A DNA stretch of 64,000 bases from an uncultured Methanosarcinales archaeon (GTDB lineage: Archaea; Nanobdellota; Nanobdellia; Woesearchaeales; SKGA01): the NCBI GenBank assembly GCA_964428395.1, contig CAYRYB010000005.1, positions 6,414 through 70,413 of the forward strand, read 5' to 3'. The position numbers were made by a program, and so were the translations under genes. Under the pieces are notes generated by a model. That model searched no databases and was not told the DNA's origin. It worked only from the letters and a program-made list of their open reading frames with translations. Positions 29,033 to 39,212 of the stretch are shown piece by piece (position 1 is the stretch's first letter; each line of letters starts with the position of its first letter).

Positions 29033-29274
29033 TTTTTTCTTCTCTTTATTTTATAATGTGTTAGCCTGTAATCCGTGTGCTGTATAAAAAAGAAGTACAA
29101 CCCTGCTAGAACAAGAATTAGGCCGAATAAGAAGATTAAAAAGTCGACGAATTTAGGAATGATGAGTAAAAGTCCAAAAAGGATGAGTACTATTCCAAAT
29201 ACTCTAAACGTGATTTCTTCGTATTGTTTCTTTTTGACCATTGTATACAAGGATTGCAACCCTGTGAAACTCAA
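29029..29274 (-). CDS. small two-helix membrane protein
   Basis: ORF track entry with two hydrophobic helices and a basic C-terminus (YKIKRRKN). Confidence 0.4.
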   Translation of the reverse strand: MSFTGLQSLYTMVKKKQYEEITFRVFGIVLILFGLLLIIPKFVDFLIFLFGLILVLAGLYFFFIQHTDYRLTHYKIKRRKN

Positions 29275-29602
29275 ACGCAGTCATTAAAGAGCTTTATATG
29301 GCTATTTTCGGCGTTCTTAAGGCACAGGGCAATACTTTGCATGCTCCTGTCTTTTTAAAGCTTTCTTTACAGCAAAAAGGTTATTACTCTGTAGGAATAA
29401 CAAAATAGAAATATTTATATATGACTTCCTCGCAAAAATTGCTACAATGGATAAAATACGCATTGACTTAGGAAAAGGAGTAGTATTAAGTGCTCCTATA
29501 AAACTGCGAATGACTGTTGATGAATGGCGAAGAATGAGTGCGCACATTAACGGAATAGTCAAGGAAGACACGTTGCGACGCAAATAAAAGGAGGTCTGTA
29601 CA

Positions 29603-29902
29603 ATGGAATATGAAGAAAATCAAGAGGAATATGATCCTGACTTGTATGATGATTTTGGTGAAGGATTTGAAGATGATTTTGACGTTGTAGGCGAAAAAGT
29701 GTATGAAAAAGCGTTTGAGGAAGCAAGTGTTGATGCAAGTGTTGCTCAGCCATTACCTGTAACAGAAGAACTTACTGAAAACGATTATGAATTTGACTCA
29801 ATAGTTGGTGGTCGAGATAAAAAACCAGTTATGAGCATACTTAATAAAGGAAAACTTTCTAAGTATGAAATGGATGATCTTCTTAATACTATTGATGAAT
29901 AG
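29603..29902 (+). CDS. small highly acidic protein (99 aa)
   Basis: AAGGAGG SD at -8. The D/E-rich N-terminus is followed by a conserved-looking C-terminal half. No family recognised, and the aP1 stalk motif is absent. Confidence 0.5.
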   Translation: MEYEENQEEYDPDLYDDFGEGFEDDFDVVGEKVYEKAFEEASVDASVAQPLPVTEELTENDYEFDSIVGGRDKKPVMSILNKGKLSKYEMDDLLNTIDE

Positions 29903-30424
29903 GTGAATTATTTGTTTGATCCTTTTTCTTTAACAGCTCTTGTGGAATCATTACCACCTGCTCAGCTTCAAAAACGTTTCATTTTAAAGGATGCTTCTTT
30001 TTCTCATCATTTGCTTTTTGAAACATATTACTTTAATGAAAATAATCAATTAGAATATATGGGCTTCTTAAGTTTTCTTTATCATCCCTTTTCAAACACC
30101 CTTGTCTGGCAAGATGTCTACCCCTTATTCATGGCGAGCTTTCTTACGTATGCACAATCATCATTTTTTACGAAAGATAATAAAAAAAGAAGTTTTGGAC
30201 TGGGCTCTCTTGCTCACACGCAAGCATTACTTTTAGCATATCAACAAAAAAAAGAACTTCTTACAGGAATAGTAAAAAGTAGTACTGCTGTTAAATCATC
30301 TCGACGAGCACAGCTTAAGCATATGGGTCTTTTATCGAAGCCAACACCATTTCACGAATATGTGCAAAAATCAATAGAGTATGTAAGCTCAAAAGGATTT
30401 GTTTTTCCAGAGAAAGTTTTTTAA
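29903..30424 (+). CDS. hypothetical protein (173 aa) immediately upstream of bud32
   Basis: ORF track entry. It is contiguous with the acidic ORF (stop and start codons abut). Confidence 0.45.
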   Translation: MNYLFDPFSLTALVESLPPAQLQKRFILKDASFSHHLLFETYYFNENNQLEYMGFLSFLYHPFSNTLVWQDVYPLFMASFLTYAQSSFFTKDNKKRSFGLGSLAHTQALLLAYQQKKELLTGIVKSSTAVKSSRRAQLKHMGLLSKPTPFHEYVQKSIEYVSSKGFVFPEKVF

Positions 30425-30447
30425 TCAATCGCACTCTTCTTTTTTAT

Positions 30448-31062
30448 ATGGTTATACTCTCACAAGGGGCAGAAGCAATACTTTTTCTTAAAAACGATAA
30501 AGTGTATAAGAAGAGAATAGCAAAATCTTATCGACTAACAGAAATTAATAACGTACTTTTGCTCTCGCGAACAAACAGGGAACGAAAAGTATTACAAAAA
30601 GCAGCATTACTTGGCATTCCTGTTCCTCACTTATTTCCTCAAACAGAAAAGTTTACGTTAGTAATAGAATATTTTGCAGGTCAACGCTTTAAAGACTGGT
30701 TGCGCACGCAGGGTGAAAAAAATCTTCTTCTTGCTAAAACTTATTTGCAACAAATAGGAACCTGGCTTGCAATACTCCACGACAACAATATCATACACGG
30801 CGATTTAACAACATCAAACGTGCTGTATACAGAAAATAAAAAAATAATTCTCATTGATTTTGGTCTTTCCTTTTTCTCATCAAAAATAGAAGATAGAGCT
30901 GTGGATTTACATTTATTTGAGCAAGCATTACAAAGTACACATTATCAACATGCAGACAAGTACTTCTCTTTTTTTCTTGAAGGATATCAAAAAAGCAAAC
31001 TTGCAAACGATGTGTTGCAAAGACTTGCAGTAGTGCGCAAGCGAGGAAAAAACAAACAATAA
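30448..31062 (+). CDS. bud32: Bud32/PRPK-type atypical Ser/Thr kinase (KEOPS subunit)
   Basis: ~200-aa mini-kinase with a Gly-loop-like QGAEAILF, catalytic HGDLTTSNVLY and DFG-like IDFGLS. Confidence 0.75.
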   Translation: MVILSQGAEAILFLKNDKVYKKRIAKSYRLTEINNVLLLSRTNRERKVLQKAALLGIPVPHLFPQTEKFTLVIEYFAGQRFKDWLRTQGEKNLLLAKTYLQQIGTWLAILHDNNIIHGDLTTSNVLYTENKKIILIDFGLSFFSSKIEDRAVDLHLFEQALQSTHYQHADKYFSFFLEGYQKSKLANDVLQRLAVVRKRGKNKQ

Positions 31063-31078
31063 GTTTTTATACACTCTT

Positions 31079-32833
31079 TTGTTTACCAACCTGATGAAAC
31101 GTTGGTTTTTAGTAGCAGTCTTATTTCTTCTTGTGCCGTTAGCAACAGCAATTACTACAAATGAAGTTTCTTCAATAACACTTCTTTCAGTAACTCAAGG
31201 AGAAAACAACACCTTCATTGGAGGAACCGCTCAACTTCGTTTGCAACTTCGACCTGGTCATGGTGCAATTTTTATAGAAACGTATCCTCTTTCAAAAATA
31301 GATACGCAAGTAGCAACGCGTCTTGCAAACGAAATAGCCTGCTCTTTTTCAACGCATGATTGTCAGAATTATGATTTTTTTTATACAATTCGTGCTGACG
31401 CACCTGTAATAGGAGGTCCTAGTGCAGGAGGAGCAACCGCATTATTAACATTAGCTGCTTTAGAAGGTATTCCCTTAAAAAAGAATCTTGCTATGACGGG
31501 CGCAATTAGTTCAGGAGGCATTATTACTCCTGTTGGCGCTGTTACTGAGAAAGTTAAGGCAGCAAAACAATCTCATCAAAAAATTGTACTTGTACCTCTC
31601 TTAGGTTTGTTAGGAAATAACACTTCCTTAGCAACTGCAGAACTTGATAAACTAAAAAACATTTCCATTGCAGTAAAGCCCGTACTTACCTTACAAGACG
31701 CGTTGTCTTTGGCTGCAGAAAAAAAAGTTTCTTTTCCTGAAAGCTCATTTACTGTTGACAAACAATACGCTACGCAAATGAAAATTACTGCCAATATTCT
31801 TTGTCAACGAACAAGCGATATGCTTTTAGAAATTACGCCAACGCAACAAAACGATTCCCTTTATTCATTAGCAATGCAATTTTTTAATCAATCCTTATCT
31901 GCAGAAAAAAAAGAGAACTATTATGCAAAAGCTTCATTTTGCTATTCTGCAAATATCAACTTGCGAGAACTCATTATTGATGGCCTTTCTGAAAAAACAC
32001 GACTAGAAAATAAAAATCGCTTAACCTCCTCTCTTCTTTCTTTAGAAAAACAAATTGATGCAGAACCGCTTCAAACGTTTTCTGATTTAGAGACTTATTT
32101 TATTGTCAAAGAACGCGCTTTAGAAGCCCAGCAATATCTTGACGAGATCAACAATGAAACACACGTCTCTATGAACTCTACAAATACTAGTTCTCGTTTA
32201 TTGGCATTGGCAATCGAGCGATATTACAGTGGTGTTGCATGGAGTGCATTTTTTGGTCTTCACGGCAAACCGCTCGCTATAGATAATTCTTCTTTGCGCA
32301 TAGCAGCACTTCAAGAATTTGAGAAAGTAGAAAGCAGATTAAATTATTTGCAAATGTACTTGCCAGATTATTTTTTAGAAGGAACAAAAGAACAACTTAA
32401 ACAAGCAAGGATTTACTTTATTAATGGACAATACGCACTTGCTCTCTTTAAGGCGACAAAAACAAGAGCGAGTGCAAATGCGTATCTTTCTACAATGACC
32501 TTAACAGATGACAATTCCCCTCTTTTAGTTTTGGCAAAACTTAATCGCACTAAAGAAGTCATTGCATCACAACAGACATTTCCCATCTTAGGATATAGTT
32601 ATTATGAATATGCTTCAGATTTAGTGGATTCTGATACGCCAACAGCGCTTCTTTACAGCGAATATGCTCTTGCTTTTAGCAATTTAGATAATTATTTTGC
32701 TCCCTTAAAAAAACATTATTTTTTTTACCGATTGCAAAAAATCGATATTTTTCTCTTTTTTACAGGACTTTTTGTTGGAGTTTTTATCATGTTTTTAAAG
32801 GAAAGTTTTATTAAGCATAAAAACAAAAAATAA
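31079..32833 (+). CDS. secreted, membrane-anchored Lon-like S16 peptidase domain protein (no AAA+ module)
   Basis: A signal peptide is followed by the Lon proteolytic-domain motifs VIGGPSAGGATALLTLAALEG (catalytic Ser) and TGAISSGGIITPVGAVTEKVKAAKQSHQKIVLVP (catalytic Lys). A ~350-aa unknown domain and a C-terminal TM helix follow. Confidence 0.65.
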   Translation: MFTNLMKRWFLVAVLFLLVPLATAITTNEVSSITLLSVTQGENNTFIGGTAQLRLQLRPGHGAIFIETYPLSKIDTQVATRLANEIACSFSTHDCQNYDFFYTIRADAPVIGGPSAGGATALLTLAALEGIPLKKNLAMTGAISSGGIITPVGAVTEKVKAAKQSHQKIVLVPLLGLLGNNTSLATAELDKLKNISIAVKPVLTLQDALSLAAEKKVSFPESSFTVDKQYATQMKITANILCQRTSDMLLEITPTQQNDSLYSLAMQFFNQSLSAEKKENYYAKASFCYSANINLRELIIDGLSEKTRLENKNRLTSSLLSLEKQIDAEPLQTFSDLETYFIVKERALEAQQYLDEINNETHVSMNSTNTSSRLLALAIERYYSGVAWSAFFGLHGKPLAIDNSSLRIAALQEFEKVESRLNYLQMYLPDYFLEGTKEQLKQARIYFINGQYALALFKATKTRASANAYLSTMTLTDDNSPLLVLAKLNRTKEVIASQQTFPILGYSYYEYASDLVDSDTPTALLYSEYALAFSNLDNYFAPLKKHYFFYRLQKIDIFLFFTGLFVGVFIMFLKESFIKHKNKK

Positions 32834-32836
32834 CCT

Positions 32837-33355
32837 ATGAAAAGAGGTGTCTTACTTGTTCTTGTAGCAGTAGCGTTGCTGAGCATAGTTGCTTCTCCTG
32901 CTTTATCTGCGGAACAAACAGAAGCAAATACGTCAACAACATCATTTACTAATCTTTTTAACCAAACGAATATGTCCACTGATGGGTTTACAACAACATC
33001 GGGCAATATGGATGACTTTGGGCAAAGCGGGTTCTCTGGAGAGAATCCTGCCTTGTTACCACTTTTTGATCTTGATAATATTATGAGTAAAATTCGTCTT
33101 TTTGCAATACTAGGAATTGCATTCGTATCACTTGTTATTCTTCATTTCATCGCTTTCATTATCTTTCTTATTTATTTCTTTCATAAATTAAAACAAGTAA
33201 ACAAACCAGAAATAACGCCTGAATTACATCAATATGTTAGTGCGTGTCAAGTTGCTGGAACATTAAAAGAACAGTTACAGCAGGTTTTGCAAAAACAAGG
33301 ATACGACGATGCAACTATTGCTTTAGCACTTCAAAATTATGTTGAAAAACCTTAA
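32837..33355 (+). CDS. type-I membrane protein (signal peptide + one TM)
   Basis: MKRGVLLVLVAVALLSIVASPALSA signal, an S/T/N-rich ectodomain, a TM helix IAFVSLVILHFIAFIIFLIYFF and a short cytoplasmic domain. Confidence 0.5.
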   Translation: MKRGVLLVLVAVALLSIVASPALSAEQTEANTSTTSFTNLFNQTNMSTDGFTTTSGNMDDFGQSGFSGENPALLPLFDLDNIMSKIRLFAILGIAFVSLVILHFIAFIIFLIYFFHKLKQVNKPEITPELHQYVSACQVAGTLKEQLQQVLQKQGYDDATIALALQNYVEKP

Positions 33356-33676
33356 GACGGAAGATATTTCTTTATGCTGCTTTTTTTAAGTAAAAAATGC
33401 TTTTTTATCCAACATCTTTTAAGAACGGTTGTTTTTTTGTAGAATAAAAACCCTGAGAAGACCACAACCAAGGTTGCAGTCCTCCCGGGAAAAAGAGGTG
33501 AGCTTGAATAGTAGAGAAAGATACTTTTTCACCTTTTTCTAATTGGAGGAAAAATCTTTCTCATATATAAATGTTTCTTGATTGTCACTATTTTAAAATA
33601 GGTACAATTTATTTTCTGCAGAAAGTTCAAATCTCTAAGCAGAAGCTTTAAGAAGGCTAAAAACATCCTTTACAGC

Positions 33677-34201
33677 ATGAAAGCTTATTTTTCTGACTTT
33701 ACTCAAAAAACATATACAGCTCAAGAATTTACGAAAATGCTGGAGCGACGTATTCGAAAAGACTGGCGAACTCATAAGCTTTTGCAGACGAGCAAAAAAT
33801 ATGCTCTTATTGAAACTCCCACAATTTCAACAGCTCTTCTAAAAAAGTTTTTAGAAAAGATTTTTGTAGGACGATTCTCACTTACCCTTTTTTTACCAAA
33901 GGAAAACATTCCTGAACGTTTTGAACTGCTTAGCGATGATTGTTTAGATACATATCTTTCTTCACGACTAAATGTTTTTTTACAAAAAAAACCTTTTGAA
34001 GTATTTCAAATGAAAACGCCGCTTCGATCCATCACTAAAAAAGAATGCGAACAACTTGCAAAACTTTGGCACATTACAGGAAAAGATATTCCTGATGGAC
34101 ATGAAATAATACATCATTTACACGAAAAATACAATCAAACAAAACAAAGCATGCTTAAAAGTTTTTTACATATAGAAGAAACCGTAAATTTTTCGAAATA
34201 A
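33677..34201 (+). CDS. hypothetical protein (174 aa)
   Basis: ORF track entry. No motif recognised. Confidence 0.45.
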   Translation: MKAYFSDFTQKTYTAQEFTKMLERRIRKDWRTHKLLQTSKKYALIETPTISTALLKKFLEKIFVGRFSLTLFLPKENIPERFELLSDDCLDTYLSSRLNVFLQKKPFEVFQMKTPLRSITKKECEQLAKLWHITGKDIPDGHEIIHHLHEKYNQTKQSMLKSFLHIEETVNFSK

Positions 34202-34244
34202 ACACCGCTTATTTTTTTAAACTAGTTAAAAATAACAGTACATT

Positions 34245-35198
34245 ATGCGTCATCTTTTATTTATTGGGTTTTATGTTATTCTTCTTTTTCTACTTTTTTT
34301 TTCAACATCATCTTCTATTACAACAGTACATGATATTGGTTTTGTAAAAGCATACTTTTGTCAAGAGACGCATTGCGCAAAATTACTTACGGATTTATTG
34401 CAAGAGAGCAATACTACAATGTGTGCTTTTTATGACTTGAATGAACCAAGTGTTCTGCAAACCATTGTCAAACAAAATGCAAGCATACTTTTGTTTGATA
34501 AAAATTATGACAAAACATTTCCCGAGAATGTTCAACCAGTGAAAAGCAGAGGATTGATGCACAATAAGTTTTGTGAAATGGATAATGAATATGTGCTAAC
34601 GGGCTCTTGGAATCCAACAGCGCGAGGAACCAACCTGAATGATAATTATGTACTCTTTTTTTCTTCAGAAAAAATAGCTAAACAATTCTCAAAAGAATAT
34701 CAATACGTGCAGACCAGAAAAAATCCTCCTTCTGCACTTAACGTAAACCTTTCAGGAACTTCTGTTTCTCTTTATTTTTGTCCATTACATCATTGTGAAC
34801 AAACAGTGCTTAAAACGCTTCAAAAAGCACATCATTTCATATATGTTTTAGCATTCTCGTTTACCAGCAAACCGCTTGCAACAATGCTTGTTAATGAATC
34901 GCTGCAAGGAATTAATATTTCTGTTGTGTTTGAAAAAACAAGAATTGCAACATATAGTGTATATGATTATTTACAAGAACATAATATTTCTGTTTTTAAA
35001 GATGCAAATCCATATACTATGCATGAAAAACTTTTTATCATAGATAATAAAACCATCGTTGTTGGATCATATAATCCAACACATTCAGCTGATACAAAAA
35101 ATGATGAAAATCTTCTCATCATAGAAAATAAAACTTTAGCAAAACAATTTTATGAAGAATTTTCAAGAATTCAAAATCTTTCAAAACAACAAAATTAA
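34245..35198 (+). CDS. secreted phospholipase-D-family protein (two HKD motifs; Nuc-like nuclease or phospholipase)
   Basis: HKD-1 MHNKFCEMDNEYVLTGSWNPT and HKD-2 MHEKLFIIDNKTIVVGSYNPT, with an N-terminal signal/anchor helix. Confidence 0.75.
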   Translation: MRHLLFIGFYVILLFLLFFSTSSSITTVHDIGFVKAYFCQETHCAKLLTDLLQESNTTMCAFYDLNEPSVLQTIVKQNASILLFDKNYDKTFPENVQPVKSRGLMHNKFCEMDNEYVLTGSWNPTARGTNLNDNYVLFFSSEKIAKQFSKEYQYVQTRKNPPSALNVNLSGTSVSLYFCPLHHCEQTVLKTLQKAHHFIYVLAFSFTSKPLATMLVNESLQGINISVVFEKTRIATYSVYDYLQEHNISVFKDANPYTMHEKLFIIDNKTIVVGSYNPTHSADTKNDENLLIIENKTLAKQFYEEFSRIQNLSKQQN

Positions 35199-35257
35199 GC
35201 TTCTTTTTATCATTCTTTAAAAAGAACGTTTTTTTCTTAACAACAAACTTTAAATAC

Positions 35258-35743
35258 TTGTCTATGCTCTTTTTTTTGACGCAAGGATTAAAAAAATGCG
35301 TGTATAGGGTGAATTATATGGGAATATTAAATCTTAATTTTAGCAAAATTCTAGTAGAACGAACAGGAAAAGCATCAAAGCAAATAAACATTAAATCAGG
35401 CATGAACATTGTAGATGTTGTTTCTTCAGACATTATTAAAGAAACCAGCCAAAAAGCGTACGCGATAAAATTTTCCTTTGAAGTTAACTACGAACCAAAA
35501 TTTGCACAGATTACGCTTGAAGGAAGCGTCATTTATTTGGCAGAAGAAAAACTTGGTAAAGAAATTGAAACAGTATGGAAAAAAAATAAAGCACTTCCAA
35601 AAGACATTGCACTTAATGTCTTTAACAGAATACTGCATCATTGTAATGTTGAAGCACTTATCTTAAGTAAAGAACTTAGCCTTCCTGCGCCAATACAGTT
35701 ACCGAAAGTAAAAATGGCAACAGCACCAACAGGAGAAAAATAA
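35258..35743 (+). CDS. hypothetical protein upstream of cdc48 (true start possibly at the Met at 35318)
   Basis: ORF track entry. No motif recognised. Confidence 0.4.
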   Translation: MSMLFFLTQGLKKCVYRVNYMGILNLNFSKILVERTGKASKQINIKSGMNIVDVVSSDIIKETSQKAYAIKFSFEVNYEPKFAQITLEGSVIYLAEEKLGKEIETVWKKNKALPKDIALNVFNRILHHCNVEALILSKELSLPAPIQLPKVKMATAPTGEK

Positions 35744-35757
35744 TTTTCTTTGGGTGA

Positions 35758-37983
35758 ATGTGCATGACTGAAATACAACTGAAAGTTGTTGAAGCAATTC
35801 AAGAAGACGTCAATAAGGGTTTAATAAGAATTGATAAATCTTTTATGGATGATATTGGCGTTTATCCAGGAGATTACGTTTCTATAACGGGCGCTCGAAC
35901 AACAGTTGCTCAAATTGAACGAAGTCTTCCAGGAGATATAGGTCTTACTATTATTCGAATGGATGGTCTTACTCGTCGAAATGCTGGCGCTCGAATTGGA
36001 GAATACGTTGCAATCAAGAAAGCCGACACGCAACCGGCTCAACATGTTGTTATCGCACCTGCTCGAGAAGGCATTAAAATACGTGTTGATAATCCAGAAC
36101 TTTTAAATCGATTTCTTTTAGGACGAGTCATGCAAAAAGGAGATGTTATTAGCCTTGGAACTCATCAATTCCAATTTGCATTTGGTGATCTTAAATTTGT
36201 TGTTGCAGAAACCATTCCAAAAAAGCAACCCGTCGTTGTTCGCTCAAGTTCTACTATTGAATGTTTAAGTGAAGCTGTTGAGCTTAAAGATGAACCAACA
36301 ATACCTGAAGTATCTTATGAAGATATTGGTGGTCTTTCAGATGAATTGCATAAAATTCGTGAAATGATAGAGCTTCCACTACGTCATCCAGAACTCTTTG
36401 ATAGACTGGGTATTGAACCACCAAAAGGAGTTCTCTTGCACGGACCTCCTGGAACTGGAAAGACACTCCTTGCAAAAGCTGTAGCAAATGAAACAAATAG
36501 TAATTTTTATGTTATTAACGGCCCTGAAATTATGAGCAAGTTTTATGGTCAATCTGAAGAGAACCTACGAAAAATTTTTGAAGAAGCAGAAAAAAACGCA
36601 CCATCAATTATTTTTATAGATGAAATAGATGCCATAGCACCCAAGCGAGAAGAAAGCAAAGGAGAAGTAGAGCGACGCGTCGTAGCACAATTACTTACTA
36701 TTATGGATGGCTTAGCAACACGAGGAAAAGTTGTTGTCATGGCCGCAACGAACATTCCAAATTCAATAGATCCTGCACTTCGTCGACCAGGACGATTTGA
36801 TAGAGAACTAGAGCTTGGAGCACCGGATATAAAAGGACGAGAAAACATTCTTAAGATTCATACGAGAAACATGCCTTTAGGTGAAAAAGTTGATTTGAAA
36901 GTGCTTGCGCAACTCACTCATGGTTTTGTAGGTGCAGATTTAGCATCATTAGTGAAGGAAGCTGCAATGAATGTTCTTCGAAAGCTCTTGCCCGAACTAA
37001 AGATTAAGGATGACGATGCAGTTATACCTCCAGAAATTTTAGATAAAATAGTTATTGCACAGCGAGACCTTATTGATGCATTAAAGGTTGTACGACCAAG
37101 CGCTATGCGAGAAGTTCTTATTGAAACGCCAAACGTAAAATGGTCAGATGTGGGTGGACTACAGGATATTAAACAAGAGCTTATAGAAGCAGTTGAGTGG
37201 CCACTTAAGTATAAACCTGTCTTTAAACGATTAGGCGTTCGACCACCAAAAGGAGTGCTCATTTATGGTCCTCCGGGAACAGGAAAAACACTTCTTGCAA
37301 AAGCTGTAGCTAAAGAGACAGAAGCAAATTTTATTGCAATTAAGGGTCCAGAATTACTTTCTAAATGGGTTGGTGAAAGTGAAAAAGCAGTTCGAGAAAT
37401 TTTTAAAAAAGCACGACAAGTAAGTCCTGCAATAATATTTATTGATGAGATAGATTCTTTGGCGCCAAGCAGAACAGCGCAAGGAGATAGTAATCACGTT
37501 AGTGAAAAAGTAGTAAATCAACTCTTAACAGAAATGGATGGCTTGCAAGAACTTAATGATGTAGTGGTTATTGCAGCAACAAATAGACCAGATGTGATGG
37601 ATACTGCGCTTCTTCGACCAGGAAGATTTGATAGAATAATACTTGCAGGTGTTCCAGATACAAAAAGTCGAGAAGAAATTTTTCGTGTACACACAAAAAA
37701 AATGCCTTTGGCAAAGAATGTTTCCTTAAAAGAACTCGTAGAGAAAACGGAAGGATATGTAGGTGCAGATATAGAAGCAGTATGTCGAGAAGCCGCGATG
37801 TTTGAACTGCGAAAAAATATTAAAACAAAACAAGTAAGCAATAAATCCTTTGAACAAGCACTTCAAAAAGTACGACCAAGCGCGTCAAAAGAAATACAAG
37901 AAGCTTATGCAATGCTTCAGAATCAATTTAGTGCGGCGCGAGGTAAAGAGTTTAAAGAAGAAAGACCTAATTATTATGGTTAA
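35758..37983 (+). CDS. cdc48: CDC48/VCP-like AAA+ ATPase (N-domain + D1 + D2)
   Basis: Two Walker A motifs ([15 protein letters not shown] twice), two Walker B motifs ([18 protein letters not shown]), SRH regions and a Cdc48 N-domain. Confidence 0.9.
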   Translation: MCMTEIQLKVVEAIQEDVNKGLIRIDKSFMDDIGVYPGDYVSITGARTTVAQIERSLPGDIGLTIIRMDGLTRRNAGARIGEYVAIKKADTQPAQHVVIAPAREGIKIRVDNPELLNRFLLGRVMQKGDVISLGTHQFQFAFGDLKFVVAETIPKKQPVVVRSSSTIECLSEAVELKDEPTIPEVSYEDIGGLSDELHKIREMIELPLRHPELFDRLGIEPPKGVLLHGPPGTGKTLLAKAVANETNSNFYVINGPEIMSKFYGQSEENLRKIFEEAEKNAPSIIFIDEIDAIAPKREESKGEVERRVVAQLLTIMDGLATRGKVVVMAATNIPNSIDPALRRPGRFDRELELGAPDIKGRENILKIHTRNMPLGEKVDLKVLAQLTHGFVGADLASLVKEAAMNVLRKLLPELKIKDDDAVIPPEILDKIVIAQRDLIDALKVVRPSAMREVLIETPNVKWSDVGGLQDIKQELIEAVEWPLKYKPVFKRLGVRPPKGVLIYGPPGTGKTLLAKAVAKETEANFIAIKGPELLSKWVGESEKAVREIFKKARQVSPAIIFIDEIDSLAPSRTAQGDSNHVSEKVVNQLLTEMDGLQELNDVVVIAATNRPDVMDTALLRPGRFDRIILAGVPDTKSREEIFRVHTKKMPLAKNVSLKELVEKTEGYVGADIEAVCREAAMFELRKNIKTKQVSNKSFEQALQKVRPSASKEIQEAYAMLQNQFSAARGKEFKEERPNYYG

Positions 37984-38276
37984 ACTTTTTTTATCTTCTT
38001 CTTTATTTTTTTCTTCATTGTAGTAGTATTTATAAAGGAAAAGACGTTTTCACCTGTTATGTCAACCGAAAATACTGTAAAATCAAACAGTTAAACACTT
38101 TTTCTAGGTTGCAATGGCTTGTTACTACGCACGGCATTTTTTTCTGAACGCTATCAGATTTCTTTATATTTTCTTTGCATGAATCGGAGCGATCTCTAAT
38201 GTATTTGTCAGGGTGCTAGTAGTAATGATAATATTTTTTTAGAATAAAAAAATTTCAGAATGAAAAGAGAATAAAA

Positions 38277-39212
38277 ATGGCATATGTACAAGATTTACAA
38301 TGGAAAGAAGGAATGAAGGTTTCCGAACTTTTAGATAGTTATGGCTCTATAGGATTTCAAAGCGTGGAACTAAAACGAGCAATGGATGTGTTTGTGAAGA
38401 TGAAAAAAGCAAACGCGAAGATATATTTAACATTTACAAGTAACATGGTTACGTCGGGCTTGCGCGGTTTTTTTGCACAACTTATTACATTAGGAATGGT
38501 TGATGTTATCGTTACAACTGCAGGCGGTCTTGAAGAAGATATTATGAAAGCAAAAGGTGCAACATTTGCTATAGGAACGTTTGATGCTGACGATGTAGAA
38601 CTCTATGAACAAGGAGTGAATAGAGTGGGAAATTTACAAATCAAAAATGAGTTTTACATGCAGTTTGAAGATACGCTACTTCCTCTTATCCAAGGACTCT
38701 ACGATGAAAAACCACGATGGACAGTATCTGACATGCTTAAAAAAATTGGAAACCAATTAGAAGACGAGGATTCAATTCTTTATCAAGCGGCAAAACATAA
38801 CATTCCTGTTTTTTGTCCTGCAATTACTGATGGCGCCCTAGGATTTCATTTATACTTATTTCAACAAAAAAATAAAGACTTTGTTATTGACGTCGTGAAA
38901 GACTTTGGAAATATTCTTTTATCAACAACCATGGATGAAGAAAAAGCTGTTATTGCTCTTGGTGGAAGCATTAGCAAACATCACGCAATACTCTCAACAC
39001 TTCTTAATGGCGGAGCAAGCTACGCAGTTTATATGACAACAGCACATAAAACAAGCGGTTCTATGAGTGGCGCTACAACACAAGAAGCAAAGAGTTGGGG
39101 AAAAGTAAAAGACGTAAGCGATGTTGCAACCGTGATAGGTGATGTAACGATTATGTTTCCTTTAGCAATGATAGGAGCTCTAGAACAATTACGAAAGGAG
39201 AAGTTACTATGA
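38277..39212 (+). CDS. dys: deoxyhypusine synthase
   Basis: DHS-family motifs TFTSNMVTSGLRG and VDVIVTTAGGLEEDI. Confidence 0.8.
   Translation: MAYVQDLQWKEGMKVSELLDSYGSIGFQSVELKRAMDVFVKMKKANAKIYLTFTSNMVTSGLRGFFAQLITLGMVDVIVTTAGGLEEDIMKAKGATFAIGTFDADDVELYEQGVNRVGNLQIKNEFYMQFEDTLLPLIQGLYDEKPRWTVSDMLKKIGNQLEDEDSILYQAAKHNIPVFCPAITDGALGFHLYLFQQKNKDFVIDVVKDFGNILLSTTMDEEKAVIALGGSISKHHAILSTLLNGGASYAVYMTTAHKTSGSMSGATTQEAKSWGKVKDVSDVATVIGDVTIMFPLAMIGALEQLRKEKLL

Noticed and set aside
29317-29583. An 88-aa minus-strand ORF between the small membrane protein and the acidic protein
   Set aside because: Its translation is Cys/Ser-rich and not protein-like. A 46-aa plus-strand ORF (29449-29589, MDKIRIDLGKGVVLSAPIKLRMTVDEWRRM...) looks more plausible but is too short to call.
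29603-29902. Acidic 99-aa protein as ribosomal stalk protein aP1
   Set aside because: It lacks the invariant C-terminal (E/D)-rich ...GFGLFD stalk motif. Acidity alone is insufficient.
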